Shown: positions 38,176 to 48,209 of the stretch, in pieces
How positions within the stretch are numbered: the stretch's first letter is position 1
How the letters are laid out: each line of letters opens with the position of its first letter
The notes under the pieces: generated by a model
What the model saw: the letters and a program-made list of their open reading frames with translations, nothing else
Databases searched by the model: none
What the model was told of the DNA's origin: nothing
Source: a virus
Taxonomy: Duplodnaviria > Heunggongvirae > Uroviricota > Caudoviricetes
Length of the DNA stretch: 64,000 bases
Strand: one strand, 5' to 3'
Virus record (IMG/VR): IMGVR_UViG_3300021256_000063
Coordinates: 1-64,000 of that record
Position numbers and translations under genes: made by a program

Positions 38176-38220
38176 CGACACACAAACAGACCATAGAACG
38201 CAGAATCTGTTTGTGTGTCG
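38176..38220 (+). other. perfect 14-bp-stem hairpin CGACACACAAACAG...CTGTTTGTGTGTCG
   Basis: Lies directly after the stop of the gene at 37376..38164. No U-run follows. Confidence 0.5.
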
Positions 38221-38262
38221 TAATGTAGGATTAAACGCAAATAAAAGAAAGAGAGGTAAATC

Positions 38263-38493
38263 ATGGGACTTCACAATAATGACGGAAAGGGATACAAAAA
38301 TATCCCTGACCTTATCGAAGCTATCCGCAAGTATGTTCCGCAGTTCACCGCAACGGAACTGCGCAACATGGTCACGGAAATGCATAACTGCGGTTATGTG
38401 TTTAATGACCGTGAAAAGGAAAACATCACGGTCATTATCTGTGACAAAGGAACCTGTGGCTATTACTTTGGACTTGAGGGAATTCAGTCCTGA
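38263..38493 (+). CDS. hypothetical protein
   Basis: AGAGAGGTAAA site. Confidence 0.5.
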   Translation: MGLHNNDGKGYKNIPDLIEAIRKYVPQFTATELRNMVTEMHNCGYVFNDREKENITVIICDKGTCGYYFGLEGIQS

Positions 38494-38512
38494 AGAGAAA
38501 GGAGTAACACAA

Positions 38513-38701
38513 ATGAAAACATGGCATAATGTCGAGATGTCCGCAACTGACCCTGATACCAACAAACTGCGGACATTCTGCAAGGAAAATGACGTCTATT
38601 ATGAGGCATCCGACTGCGGATATGGTCACGTTCACTTTGAAATCCTGTGCGACAAGGAAACCGCAAACAGGATTGACAGCGAGGTGTTCGGTATATGGTA
38701 A
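38513..38701 (+). CDS. hypothetical protein
   Basis: AAGGAG site; an internal Met of the track ORF is used. Confidence 0.5.
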   Translation: MKTWHNVEMSATDPDTNKLRTFCKENDVYYEASDCGYGHVHFEILCDKETANRIDSEVFGIW

Positions 38702-38882
38702 AAGCAAACGAACACCCTGTCCATGTTGTTCTACGTGATTGGTCTAAATCTAAAAAGACAAATAATTCGGTCACAATTGCAGAAACCCACACTCACAAAA
38801 ATAAAAAAAGAAACAAATCAATGATTGAGGTTGAGGGCTACATGTGCTATGAACCGTGGGATGTATAAAGGAAATAGTTGTT

Positions 38883-38912
38883 ATTGACAATATATAATTA
38901 AATAATAAAATA
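38883..38912 (+). promoter_or_regulatory. sigma70-like promoter TTGACA-16-TAAAAT
   Basis: gttattgacaatatataattaaataataaaat. Confidence 0.4.
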
Positions 38913-38943
38913 AATACACAATAGAAAGGAAAGGTATTATATT

Positions 38944-40740
38944 ATGTTCAACTTTACAGCAAACAACAGAAACTTTTTCATGACCGAGGGAACCGCTCTG
39001 CTGAACAAGTACGGTCACGAGACCGCTGAAAAGGGCATGACCGCCATCTGGGAAGAGTATTCCCTGAATAAGGCACCTGTAGCAGATATTCTGTCTCGTC
39101 ATCCCAACTGGGATCCCGACACCCTGTCTGTCCATCTGACAGAAGAATATTCTACCTCTATCGATCACGACAAGGTAGAAGCATTCTGCGGATTCCTTCA
39201 GCGCAGACTGCGTGACTGGTGCAAAACAAGAGAAATCAAAATCGCTGGAATGAGTGGCGAAGAGGTTTGCTACGCTCGTGACCGACTGAGAGAGGTTATG
39301 CAACACATGAATTCCATTCCACAGCAATATCAGCCCGTTACCTGTGCGGGTCGCACCATGTCAGATTTACAGGAAGATCTGACCAGGCTGAACGAACTGA
39401 ACCGGCGTTTCTACTTCGAAACAGAAACGATGTGCGGATATAGCATCTCAAACGACAATTACAAAAAGGCAAGTGCAATTAAAAATATTGTCCGCTATAT
39501 CTCACATCATACGGAAAACGTTCTGGACGAATCTTTTGCGGAAGCACTCAATAACTGCGCCGTTTACTTTTTCCCCGTGGACGAAAACGGAGAAGTCATT
39601 AAGAAAGCCCGTTTCTCTGCGGGTATGAAGACCAGTAAAGCGGTCTCCAAGTTCTTCTCTCTTGCAGGAGACCACTTTGTAAAGTTTAAAGACATACAAG
39701 AAACCGTTTGGATGGATCAGAGTGGGAATTTCCATACCAGAGAAAAGGACATGGGCTGGAATCACTTCTTCAGCGCTTACGCAGATGGAATTAATCCCAT
39801 CAAGGTAAAGCGTCATACATATATAAGTGTTAACCCGCTAGACTACCTGACCATGTCTTTCGGCAATGGCTGGGCGTCCTGCCATACAATCGATCATAAC
39901 AACAATCGACCCAACAACGGAAGACATACATATGAGGGTTGCTACCAGTCTGGCACCCTTAGTTATATGCTTGACGGGTCTTCCATCGTTATGTATACAA
40001 CCAAGGAAGATATTGACACAACCTGCCCTTGGGAAGCAGATAAGATCAACAGGTGTATGTTCCACCTTGGCGAAGAGAAGTTTGTTCAGGGCAGAACATA
40101 TCCTGACGGAAGAGACAACCCTGATAATGAGGAGGCAGTTACTATTGCTTCCACATTCAGGAATATCTTCCAGAGAGTCATCTCTGAATGCCTTGATGTG
40201 CCCAACATGTGGGTCATCAAGAGAAACAACGGCGATTACACAGCCAGCTTTGGTACGCATTACAGAGACTATCTCTGCTATAGCGACACACTGACATGTA
40301 TTCTCAAGGGGAATGAAAACAATGAGATTATCCGCATTGGGCATGATCCGATTTGCCCTGTGTGTGGTGAAGAGCATAGCAACGAATCGTCTCTGCATTG
40401 TGGAGACGATCATGAATGCTACCACAACGGAAACTATGTTTTCTGTGAGCGTTGTGGCGCTCGTATCAATCTTGATCACGATGATTATATTCGTGATGAA
40501 GACACAGGAGATTATTACTGTGACTACGAGTGTGCCGAGGCTCGTGACGTATTCTACTGTGCGAATGTCGATGAAGCGCACAGCGAAGACGTCTATTATG
40601 ACGAGTATGCTGAGGAATGGTTCTATGATCCAAATGAAGAGCATGTCATAACGGAAAATGGTTACCACTTCATGACAGAAGATAATGCCATTGAAGCTGG
40701 CTACATTCAGGACGAAGACGGGGATTGGGTCAGAGCATAA
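38944..40740 (+). CDS. large hypothetical protein with a C-terminal multi-Cys (zinc-ribbon-like) region
   Basis: 598 aa; CPVCGEEH...CGDDHECYH...CERCGAR. Confidence 0.6.
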   Translation: MFNFTANNRNFFMTEGTALLNKYGHETAEKGMTAIWEEYSLNKAPVADILSRHPNWDPDTLSVHLTEEYSTSIDHDKVEAFCGFLQRRLRDWCKTREIKIAGMSGEEVCYARDRLREVMQHMNSIPQQYQPVTCAGRTMSDLQEDLTRLNELNRRFYFETETMCGYSISNDNYKKASAIKNIVRYISHHTENVLDESFAEALNNCAVYFFPVDENGEVIKKARFSAGMKTSKAVSKFFSLAGDHFVKFKDIQETVWMDQSGNFHTREKDMGWNHFFSAYADGINPIKVKRHTYISVNPLDYLTMSFGNGWASCHTIDHNNNRPNNGRHTYEGCYQSGTLSYMLDGSSIVMYTTKEDIDTTCPWEADKINRCMFHLGEEKFVQGRTYPDGRDNPDNEEAVTIASTFRNIFQRVISECLDVPNMWVIKRNNGDYTASFGTHYRDYLCYSDTLTCILKGNENNEIIRIGHDPICPVCGEEHSNESSLHCGDDHECYHNGNYVFCERCGARINLDHDDYIRDEDTGDYYCDYECAEARDVFYCANVDEAHSEDVYYDEYAEEWFYDPNEEHVITENGYHFMTEDNAIEAGYIQDEDGDWVRA

Positions 40741-40764
40741 AATAACAGAAAGGAGATAATTAAA

Positions 40765-41760
40765 ATGGCGAGCGCAAAAACTTTCAATGCGGTTGCAGTC
40801 CGCAAAAACGAAACGGATTATCCCGATTTTGTAAACGTCTGTTTAAAATCACAGATGGAATTAAAAGAATATCTGTATAAGGTGTTGATGGATTTTTATC
40901 CAGAGACAACAGAAACCGGAGATGGCTACCTTTATGCAAAGGGAACCATCCCTGTTTTATTAACGGCTCATATAGATACCGTACACAAAGATTTGATCCA
41001 AGATTTCTTTGAACATAAGACCAAAGAAGGAAGAACGATTATTAATTCTCCACAGGGAATTGGTGGGGACGATCGTTGCGGAGTATACATGATTCTCCAG
41101 ATTCTGCGGACAACAGAAATGAGACCATTCATTCTGTTCTGCGAAGATGAAGAGATTGGCGGTATTGGCAGCGACAAATTTTGTTCAACGGATTTTGTTG
41201 ATGATTTGAATGAAATGAAATTCTTGATCGAATTAGATCGCGCAAATGCTTTTGACGCGGTCTTTTATGAGGATGATAATGCAGATTTCCATGAGTGGAT
41301 TACAAAGGAAACGGGTTACCGTGAAGAATGGGGGTCATTCTCTGATATATGTAACTTGTCTCCAGTCTGTGGAATCGCATCGGTGAATTTAAGTTGTGGA
41401 TACTATAATGCACATACCACAAATGAATTCGTTGTGGTAGAAGAAATGCTTCACACAATTGAAACGGTAAAGCATCTGCTTACTAAGGCAAATGAAATCG
41501 AAGCGTTTGAATATGTCGAGGTTGTTTATAGTCCACGTTACAACTATGGCTATGGTTACTATGGTGGCTGGGCTTTGAATAATTATACAACAAGGAAAAC
41601 AAGTATCATTGAAGTTTACTTCATTGATCCAAAAACCAACGAGAAACTGGTCTGGTCAAAGGAAGTTAAATCTGAAGACGAGGGATGGAAAGAATTCTTC
41701 TTTGATCAGGCTCATGTATGCATGGATAATGTGTACGATTATGATTTTTATAATATTTAA
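40765..41760 (+). CDS. M42/M28-family metallopeptidase-like protein
   Basis: LLTAHIDTVH, GGDDRCGVY, FCEDEEIGGIGS and later conserved D and H residues at aminopeptidase-like spacing. Confidence 0.55.
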   Translation: MASAKTFNAVAVRKNETDYPDFVNVCLKSQMELKEYLYKVLMDFYPETTETGDGYLYAKGTIPVLLTAHIDTVHKDLIQDFFEHKTKEGRTIINSPQGIGGDDRCGVYMILQILRTTEMRPFILFCEDEEIGGIGSDKFCSTDFVDDLNEMKFLIELDRANAFDAVFYEDDNADFHEWITKETGYREEWGSFSDICNLSPVCGIASVNLSCGYYNAHTTNEFVVVEEMLHTIETVKHLLTKANEIEAFEYVEVVYSPRYNYGYGYYGGWALNNYTTRKTSIIEVYFIDPKTNEKLVWSKEVKSEDEGWKEFFFDQAHVCMDNVYDYDFYNI

Positions 41761-41777
41761 AAGGAGACAAAAAAGAA

Positions 41778-42035
41778 ATGAAAGTGTGGCTTGTAGAATA
41801 TGTGGAAATGGAAGAAGAAGACATTCACCGCACACTTATGCGAATCTGTGATTCATACGATAAGGCAAAAGCATATATCGAAAGACAATATGAGGATGCC
41901 CGTGCGCATATAGATAAAGAATATGATTCAATTACAGAACTGAATGTTGTTCACAGAGAAACGAACGATCAGTTTTGGTGGTATGAAAATGATGAAGCAT
42001 GTATATATTTCGTCTCTTGTAAAGCGGTTATGTGA
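41778..42035 (+). CDS. hypothetical protein
   Basis: AAGGAG site. Confidence 0.5.
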   Translation: MKVWLVEYVEMEEEDIHRTLMRICDSYDKAKAYIERQYEDARAHIDKEYDSITELNVVHRETNDQFWWYENDEACIYFVSCKAVM

Positions 42036-42086
42036 GTCCTAATCACATCCCACACATACAATCCACAAGAGAAATAAGGAGATAAT

Positions 42087-42260
42087 ATGACAAAAAACAG
42101 AGCAAAAGAAATTATAAATAATCTCATTGATCACTTGGCAATAGCAATGGACACTCAGGAACAAATTGAAGCATTGGTTAATATCGGCTTCACTAAAAAG
42201 GAGTTAAAAGAATTCCATTATAGTGAAGTCGATATAGAACAATATTATCCTGAGTCCTAA
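42087..42260 (+). CDS. small hypothetical protein (57 aa), absent from the ORF track
   Basis: AAGGAGATAAT then ATG; ends at TAA 42258-42260. Confidence 0.4.
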   Translation: MTKNRAKEIINNLIDHLAIAMDTQEQIEALVNIGFTKKELKEFHYSEVDIEQYYPES

Positions 42261-42389
42261 TCACATACACCGCACACAGTCCACAAGAGAAAGCAGAATG
42301 GATTGTGTGCGTTAATGTGGAGAGGACTTCCACAGAAACAAATTATAATTATTTTATCTATCGGGCATAGCCCAGAAAGGAAAACCACT

Positions 42390-43595
42390 ATGGCAAACTT
42401 CGGAAACATCGCTAACTTTGATCGCAACGCAAACAACGCACAGAGAGTAGAAGGAGAAGTTATGACTACACCCGTTATCTTTGGCAACGCAAATGTATTT
42501 CAGGCACCGATGAACAAGCCTGTGACCGTCCCGACCATCATCGTCCCCGAAGACAAACAGCTTGAAGCTAAAATACTTCTTGAGCAGTTGGGACAGGATT
42601 GGCAGACCGCAAGGCAGACAAGCGGCATGTACGGCATGTACAGAGACCGCACGATTTTGACAACCCATTGGGACTGGGAGAATAGAAGAGATGTTACTCT
42701 TGTCGGTGCTCCTGTTCCTGAGGGAATGAAAGATTTAGACATGGTGCGCAAACTGTGTGACCATGATTGGGACGTAGAAGAGAATCCCGTCTCCGATGAT
42801 TACGGAGAACTCGCAGGATTCAAGTCTATTCGCAGATCTGACCACGTAAAAGGGAAAGATAAACGCGGTCTTCTCCATGTTGCAAATGGTAAATATACCT
42901 GCATCACAAATGAAACCTTTTATAAGTTCGCTCAGGAACTGATCAATTTTGGTTTCAATTGCAGGAATGGTGGTACGTTCAACGATGGACAGATGCTGTT
43001 TCTCAGCATGAAAGCAGATGGATATCAGATTTGCGGAGAACCGTTCGAAAACTATGCGGTTCTGTCCAACAGTTTTAATGGAATGAAACCGTTCGCCCTG
43101 TATTTCACGGATGTACGGATCATTTGCCTGAACACGTACATGTGTGCTACTCAGGCAAAGAATGCGGTATTCAGCGTGCGTCACACCGCCAACGCAGATT
43201 GGTATATCGAGGCCGCTGTTGAAGCCATGAGAACGCAGAACGATCACAAGTTGGAGTTCAAGCGGAACATGGAATCGCTTGCTATGAAACCTGTACAAGA
43301 CGCAGACATTTGGGAAATGGCAAAAGCTGCTTTCCCCATCAAAAGGGAAGATGAAAACAAAGTGCGTGCATTGAAGTCTACTATGGATGCACGAAATGAA
43401 TTCATGTTCCGCTATCTTGAAGCGCCCGATCTTGCAGAACACAGAGGGACGGCATATGCGGCACTTGGTGCAGCTACTGATTATGCTGACCATAGAAACA
43501 GAAAGGCAACTAAAAACAGCGAAAGCAATCAGTTCAGAGATATGCTTGGACGCCCCACGTTTGGTGCATGGGCGTATGATTACCTGACAAGGTAA
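42390..43595 (+). CDS. hypothetical protein, possibly DUF932-like
   Basis: GAAAGGAAAACCACT then ATG; 401 aa. Confidence 0.5.
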   Translation: MANFGNIANFDRNANNAQRVEGEVMTTPVIFGNANVFQAPMNKPVTVPTIIVPEDKQLEAKILLEQLGQDWQTARQTSGMYGMYRDRTILTTHWDWENRRDVTLVGAPVPEGMKDLDMVRKLCDHDWDVEENPVSDDYGELAGFKSIRRSDHVKGKDKRGLLHVANGKYTCITNETFYKFAQELINFGFNCRNGGTFNDGQMLFLSMKADGYQICGEPFENYAVLSNSFNGMKPFALYFTDVRIICLNTYMCATQAKNAVFSVRHTANADWYIEAAVEAMRTQNDHKLEFKRNMESLAMKPVQDADIWEMAKAAFPIKREDENKVRALKSTMDARNEFMFRYLEAPDLAEHRGTAYAALGAATDYADHRNRKATKNSESNQFRDMLGRPTFGAWAYDYLTR

Positions 43596-43738
43596 GTGAA
43601 ACCAATGTCCACTATTATTAACCAATGCCCATGTTGTGTTAATAATAGTGGACATTATATACAACTAAATACAGAGAACAAAATAAAATTAAAACAAATA
43701 AAATAAACTTTTAAAAAAGAGAAAGAGAGGATTATCTA

Positions 43739-44722
43739 ATGACTACTATCACTGCTAATTTCATGAACAACGCAAACGTAACCAACATCAACGCACAGCT
43801 TTTTGAGGGCGTTATGAACAACGTTCAGAAGATTGGTAACAAATACTTCGCATATGTTTACACATGTCTGCTGACTTCTGATACCACTTATCAGAGAGAC
43901 GATGATGTAAACCCCCGCAAGTTAAAGAAACTTGCCGATAATTGGGAAGATGACCTGTGCGATCCTATTCAGGTATCTCCTCATCCTGAGGAAAATAAAT
44001 TTTATGTGTATGAAGGTATGCATAGAACTATTGTTCAGATGAACATGGGACGGAATATGGTTGTTTGTGAAATTAACATGGCGTTTGCAAATATGGAACC
44101 TGAAGCACGCCGCAAGGCAGAAGCAAGACTGTTCGCTAAGCAGTATGATTGCGTTGATCGTCTGACAAATATGCAGAGACATAAGGTAAATGTTCTTCTG
44201 AATGTACCGGAAGATGTGTATATTCATGAGTTATGCCTGAAACATGGTATCAATGATGATAAAACAGGCATTGGTAATCGTTCTAAGGCAATTAGAACTC
44301 TTACTGGAATGAGCACAGCACGGAGATTGGCAAAATCAAAAGAAAATTATCTTGCAGAGACTTTTGAAACTGTTATTAGATGCGGATGGGCTGATGCAGG
44401 AACTGGTTTCATGGGACATGTCCTGTATGCTTTTGAACACATCTTTGCTACGCATCCCGATAGAACGGAATTGATTATTGAAACACTTGTAGATTGGCTC
44501 AGACCTCATGCCAATGATAATGGAAAAGACGATCATGGTATTAGTGAAAAAGATATTAGAAATGCTGCACGAAAAAGATATGAGTCATATGACGGCAAAT
44601 CGCTTCAGATGGCTCTGTATATGGAAGATTATCTGCATGAGAAAATTAAATTGCCTTACGGATACACCGGTAATGGGGTTAATGTAAATAACAAAACTTT
44701 GCTTGTCAGGAAAGGAGCATAA
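43739..44722 (+). CDS. ParB/Srx-like nuclease-domain protein
   Basis: VSPHPEENKFYVYEGMHRTIV resembles the ParB N-terminal GxHR motif. Confidence 0.5.
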   Translation: MTTITANFMNNANVTNINAQLFEGVMNNVQKIGNKYFAYVYTCLLTSDTTYQRDDDVNPRKLKKLADNWEDDLCDPIQVSPHPEENKFYVYEGMHRTIVQMNMGRNMVVCEINMAFANMEPEARRKAEARLFAKQYDCVDRLTNMQRHKVNVLLNVPEDVYIHELCLKHGINDDKTGIGNRSKAIRTLTGMSTARRLAKSKENYLAETFETVIRCGWADAGTGFMGHVLYAFEHIFATHPDRTELIIETLVDWLRPHANDNGKDDHGISEKDIRNAARKRYESYDGKSLQMALYMEDYLHEKIKLPYGYTGNGVNVNNKTLLVRKGA

Positions 44723-44894
44723 GTTAAATGAAAGAATTTATTTCAGAACTCATGGAAGCCCTTGACTACAGAAACGAATTTTCTACGAAAGAATTCGTTC
44801 TGTATTCGATCCTTGCCACAGCGTGTTTGGTAATCGCATGCTGTGGCGAGAGTATTATAAACATGATGTAATTAAATGAAAGGAGCGAAAAGAA

Positions 44895-45101
44895 ATGAAT
44901 AATATTTACAATCTGGATGACAACATGATGACAGCGTTTGAAGCGCTGTCTACATCGTTACCAATCTTCAAACAGATTGACAACAAAGATCATACGTTTG
45001 AAAGTGCAATACTCACACTGATTACAGAGTATGCAAAAGAAAGAGGAGAAGACAGAAAGGAAATCATTTCCAATCTGTATGAGGCAGTGATATCGATTTA
45101 A
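44895..45101 (+). CDS. hypothetical protein
   Basis: AAAGGAG site. Confidence 0.45.
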   Translation: MNNIYNLDDNMMTAFEALSTSLPIFKQIDNKDHTFESAILTLITEYAKERGEDRKEIISNLYEAVISI

Positions 45102-45120
45102 AAGAAAGAGAGGGAAACAA

Positions 45121-45486
45121 ATGGTAGCATACAAATTACTGAGATTACTTAGAAACGGGGAACTCCATCCCCTGTTTATTAACAAATCCGTCCCTACACC
45201 AATAGGGAAATGGATGGACGCCGAATGTCACCCGACAAAAGGATTCGCAGTTCGTTGTGGATGGCATTGTTGCTTTATTCCGTATGCTCCGCACCTGAAG
45301 CTGACCCTTGCCAACGGAGAAACAAGGGTATGGTGTGAAGTAGAAATTGAAAATTGGTCTTCGTATGATCGCCCTGAATCACAAGGCGGGGCTTGGATAC
45401 TGGCACAGAAAATGAAAGTAAATCGGATACTGACGATTGGAGAAGTCATTGATCTTCTCAAGGAAAACGGAAAGGAAGTGGCGTAA
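45121..45486 (+). CDS. hypothetical protein
   Basis: 121 aa. Confidence 0.45.
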   Translation: MVAYKLLRLLRNGELHPLFINKSVPTPIGKWMDAECHPTKGFAVRCGWHCCFIPYAPHLKLTLANGETRVWCEVEIENWSSYDRPESQGGAWILAQKMKVNRILTIGEVIDLLKENGKEVA

Positions 45487-45800
45487 TGAAAAAGTATATT
45501 CCTGTTAAAGCAAACAACAACGGAACCACCGATCTGCGTGTTGAACTCACCTATGATCTGGGCGGTTACAACATGTTCGATTACACACCAAAGGCAAGAG
45601 GTTACTATCTTGTTGTCACTCCCGTAACAAGGGAGAGAGGTATGGAGTCGTTCACTGCATTTACAGGATTGCGGAGATGTATCAAGGAGGTAAAAAGAAA
45701 ATCTAAAGGCGCTGAACTTGCGGCTATCAAGGATGCAGAACTGGTAGAGAAAGCAATGATCGGCAGAGTGTTGGCAAGTAACCATCTGGAACTTGCTTAA
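45486..45800 (+). CDS. hypothetical protein
   Basis: 104 aa; start overlaps the previous stop. Confidence 0.45.
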   Translation: MKKYIPVKANNNGTTDLRVELTYDLGGYNMFDYTPKARGYYLVVTPVTRERGMESFTAFTGLRRCIKEVKRKSKGAELAAIKDAELVEKAMIGRVLASNHLELA

Positions 45801-45834
45801 ATTAAATACAACAGAAAGGAAGAGGTAAAACACA

Positions 45835-46602
45835 ATGGCAATGATTATTAACCGTAGCAACGACCTGAAAATTCCTGCATACAATCTGTATCTCGATCCT
45901 GAAACACAGATTCACATCTCTGACGGAAATGATAAAATGGGTAAGGGTGTATATAGTATCAGTCTTCTGCCCAGTTCTGGTTATCTCCGTTTCAGGGGAA
46001 CAGGAAAATTCTGTAAAGGAAAAATGTTGACAAACATCAAGGGAACTTGCGGTGGTGTGTGCGAAAAATGTAAATGTATGAAAGAGTGCTATGCTATCAA
46101 GGTACTCATGCGTAAGCACAATACATGTACAAAGGCTTGGGGCGAGAACACACTCCTTGCAAGGGAAGACAGAAATAGATTCTTCTCTGAACTGGACAGA
46201 TTTATGTGGTTGAATCTTGTCCCTGTATTTCGTTGGCATGTAAGTGGAGAAATTATGGATGAAGAATATTTCTTCAATATGATTCAGCTTGCAGAAAAGC
46301 ATCCAGAAACACAGTTTTATGTCTATACAAAGGCATATGAAATTGTAGAGACTGTAGGAAAAGACATGGAAGGATTTAAGGAGAACTTCCATGTTCTGGT
46401 TTCTATCTGGCATAAGAATTATAGTAATCCTTTTGGACTGCCAGAATTCATTTATGATGACGGAACAGAACCGGAACTTGAAACTGTTCCTCATTGTCCC
46501 GCCGTCAACAAAGATGGAAAGGAAACTGGTGTGACATGTGCAACATGTAGAAAATGCTGGCATGTTAAAAATGGTGACAAGATCGCAGTCTACGCACACT
46601 GA
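45835..46602 (+). CDS. Cys-rich hypothetical protein
   Basis: 255 aa; CGGVCEKCKCMKEC...CATCRKC. Confidence 0.5.
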   Translation: MAMIINRSNDLKIPAYNLYLDPETQIHISDGNDKMGKGVYSISLLPSSGYLRFRGTGKFCKGKMLTNIKGTCGGVCEKCKCMKECYAIKVLMRKHNTCTKAWGENTLLAREDRNRFFSELDRFMWLNLVPVFRWHVSGEIMDEEYFFNMIQLAEKHPETQFYVYTKAYEIVETVGKDMEGFKENFHVLVSIWHKNYSNPFGLPEFIYDDGTEPELETVPHCPAVNKDGKETGVTCATCRKCWHVKNGDKIAVYAH

Positions 46603-46716
46603 AGATAATTAAATCCACAACAGAAATGTTCATAAAATGTTCACAATTACGTGAGTATTTTTGTGATATGATTAATAGACAAGTGAAAATTAAATCAAAA
46701 TGAAAGGAGCGCACAA

Positions 46717-46980
46717 ATGAAACCCGTATTCACAGAAAATGGAAAGGCAGTTGTTAAAGACTTTATCGCAAATCTTACAGCACTTCAGAAAGAAGTTGTA
46801 GACGCAGGAAAGGGTACTGTGGGAGATGTGGAAATCCCCACAGAAGAGGACATTCTTCAGGACATCCTTTTCTTTGAAGATGATTTTGAGAATGGAATTT
46901 GGTATCCCGCTGTTGAAGAAAACGGTGATTATGGAGAATGGTTATTCCTCAAATACGGAACCGATTATATTTGGGAATAA
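46717..46980 (+). CDS. hypothetical protein
   Basis: GAAAGGAG site. Confidence 0.45.
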   Translation: MKPVFTENGKAVVKDFIANLTALQKEVVDAGKGTVGDVEIPTEEDILQDILFFEDDFENGIWYPAVEENGDYGEWLFLKYGTDYIWE

Positions 46981-46997
46981 GAAAGGAGCGAAATAAA

Positions 46998-47192
46998 ATG
47001 AAAGAATTAGTAACAATTGAAATTAAAGTAACACCTGATGAAGCAGCAACGTTGTGTAATATCCTTGCAAAAGGAATTAAGTATTATACAAATAATCGTT
47101 ACACCGAACCCGTTACTCCTGTATGGTTGTGGGGATTGATGAATGATGTTAGTAAGGCGGTATATGAGCAGAATGTAAATCAGGAGGGCTAA
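46998..47192 (+). CDS. hypothetical protein
   Basis: GAAAGGAG site; internal Met of the track ORF. Confidence 0.45.
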   Translation: MKELVTIEIKVTPDEAATLCNILAKGIKYYTNNRYTEPVTPVWLWGLMNDVSKAVYEQNVNQEG

Positions 47193-47195
47193 GTA

Positions 47196-47453
47196 ATGGT
47201 TACTATTTCAAAAATGACAGGGTCATTTATGTATTCCGACAACAACAAAATGGGTATCCTTATCGTTGCTCTGGATAAGGCAAAGGAAGGAGAGATTTAC
47301 GCAGTAGCATCCAAGGCATACAGAGATTGGATGTCCTGTGAAAATGATTCAGAATATTATGCAATCGGTGATTGGGTAATGAAACAGTTGGCGATTGCTG
47401 GATTCAAAAAGGAAGAAGATTATTACATGCTGTATGACAGCGATTGGGATTGA
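47196..47453 (+). CDS. hypothetical protein
   Basis: AGGAGG site. Confidence 0.45.
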   Translation: MVTISKMTGSFMYSDNNKMGILIVALDKAKEGEIYAVASKAYRDWMSCENDSEYYAIGDWVMKQLAIAGFKKEEDYYMLYDSDWD

Positions 47454-47469
47454 AAGAAAGGGGTATGTA

Positions 47470-47658
47470 ATGAGCAAAAGATACATGATTGAATATGGAA
47501 ATGACATTTTGAGAAGAAAAAAGGAAATGTTTTATTCCAAAGACGAACTGGCAAGAATGAAAACCAGAATAAATAAAATTATAGTATTATACAACAAGGG
47601 CTATCTTACCGTAGCAGAAACGATGAGAGAACTTGTTGATATTGATAACGATTATTGA
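47470..47658 (+). CDS. hypothetical protein
   Basis: Internal Met (MSKRY). Confidence 0.4.
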   Translation: MSKRYMIEYGNDILRRKKEMFYSKDELARMKTRINKIIVLYNKGYLTVAETMRELVDIDNDY

Positions 47659-47670
47659 AAGGAGAACACA

Positions 47671-47862
47671 ATGGGAAATGGTTATAGAATTAATGTAGCG
47701 CACAACGGAAGACATTTCTTTGCCACTGATCCTGAGTCGGCATGGACTAAGGAAAAAGCAAAAGAATTGTATGAAACCATTAAAAAGAAATTCCCTGAAT
47801 CTGAGGGATATACAATCATGGTAACTTATTGGCATTCAATTGGAGAGCATGTTGAGTTTTAA
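47671..47862 (+). CDS. hypothetical protein
   Basis: GAAAGGAG site. Confidence 0.45.
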   Translation: MGNGYRINVAHNGRHFFATDPESAWTKEKAKELYETIKKKFPESEGYTIMVTYWHSIGEHVEF

Positions 47863-47877
47863 AAGAAAGGAGACACC

Positions 47878-48189
47878 ATGGAAAAGAAAATGTACAAAGC
47901 AGTTATCGAAGAACGCAGACGCAAAGTAATCTTCATCGAAGCACCTGATGAAGAACTCGCTACAAGCCAGTACGATGCTGGCGTGTTTGGCGATCTTCCT
48001 GAAAAAGATAATAAAAAATTCATTTTCACAGATACTGATGATGGTGTTGAATACGCAAACCGTTTAATCAGCATTAAAGAAGCTAATATGGAAAAAGAAG
48101 AGGAATATACAGAAAGATATTATGCATATCCTGAAGTTGTTTATTGGGATGATGAAATGAACTGCCAGACAAGCGGTTGGAATAAATAA
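47878..48189 (+). CDS. hypothetical protein
   Basis: GAAAGGAG site. Confidence 0.45.
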   Translation: MEKKMYKAVIEERRRKVIFIEAPDEELATSQYDAGVFGDLPEKDNKKFIFTDTDDGVEYANRLISIKEANMEKEEEYTERYYAYPEVVYWDDEMNCQTSGWNK

Positions 48190-48209
48190 AAGAAAGCGAG
48201 GTAAAAGAA

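Noticed and set aside
35517-38792. Long antisense and alternate-frame ORFs in the GC-rich island (35602..36117, 35748..36398, 36794..37771, 37464..37757, 38161..38583 and others).
   Set aside because: These are an expected artefact of high GC content, which has few stop codons. They lack ribosome-binding sites and overlap the better-supported sense genes.
39502-43664. Minus-strand ORFs 39838..40668 and 42735..43664 (276 and 309 aa).
   Set aside because: They lie entirely inside well-supported plus-strand genes, have hydrophobic low-complexity translations and lack ribosome-binding sites.
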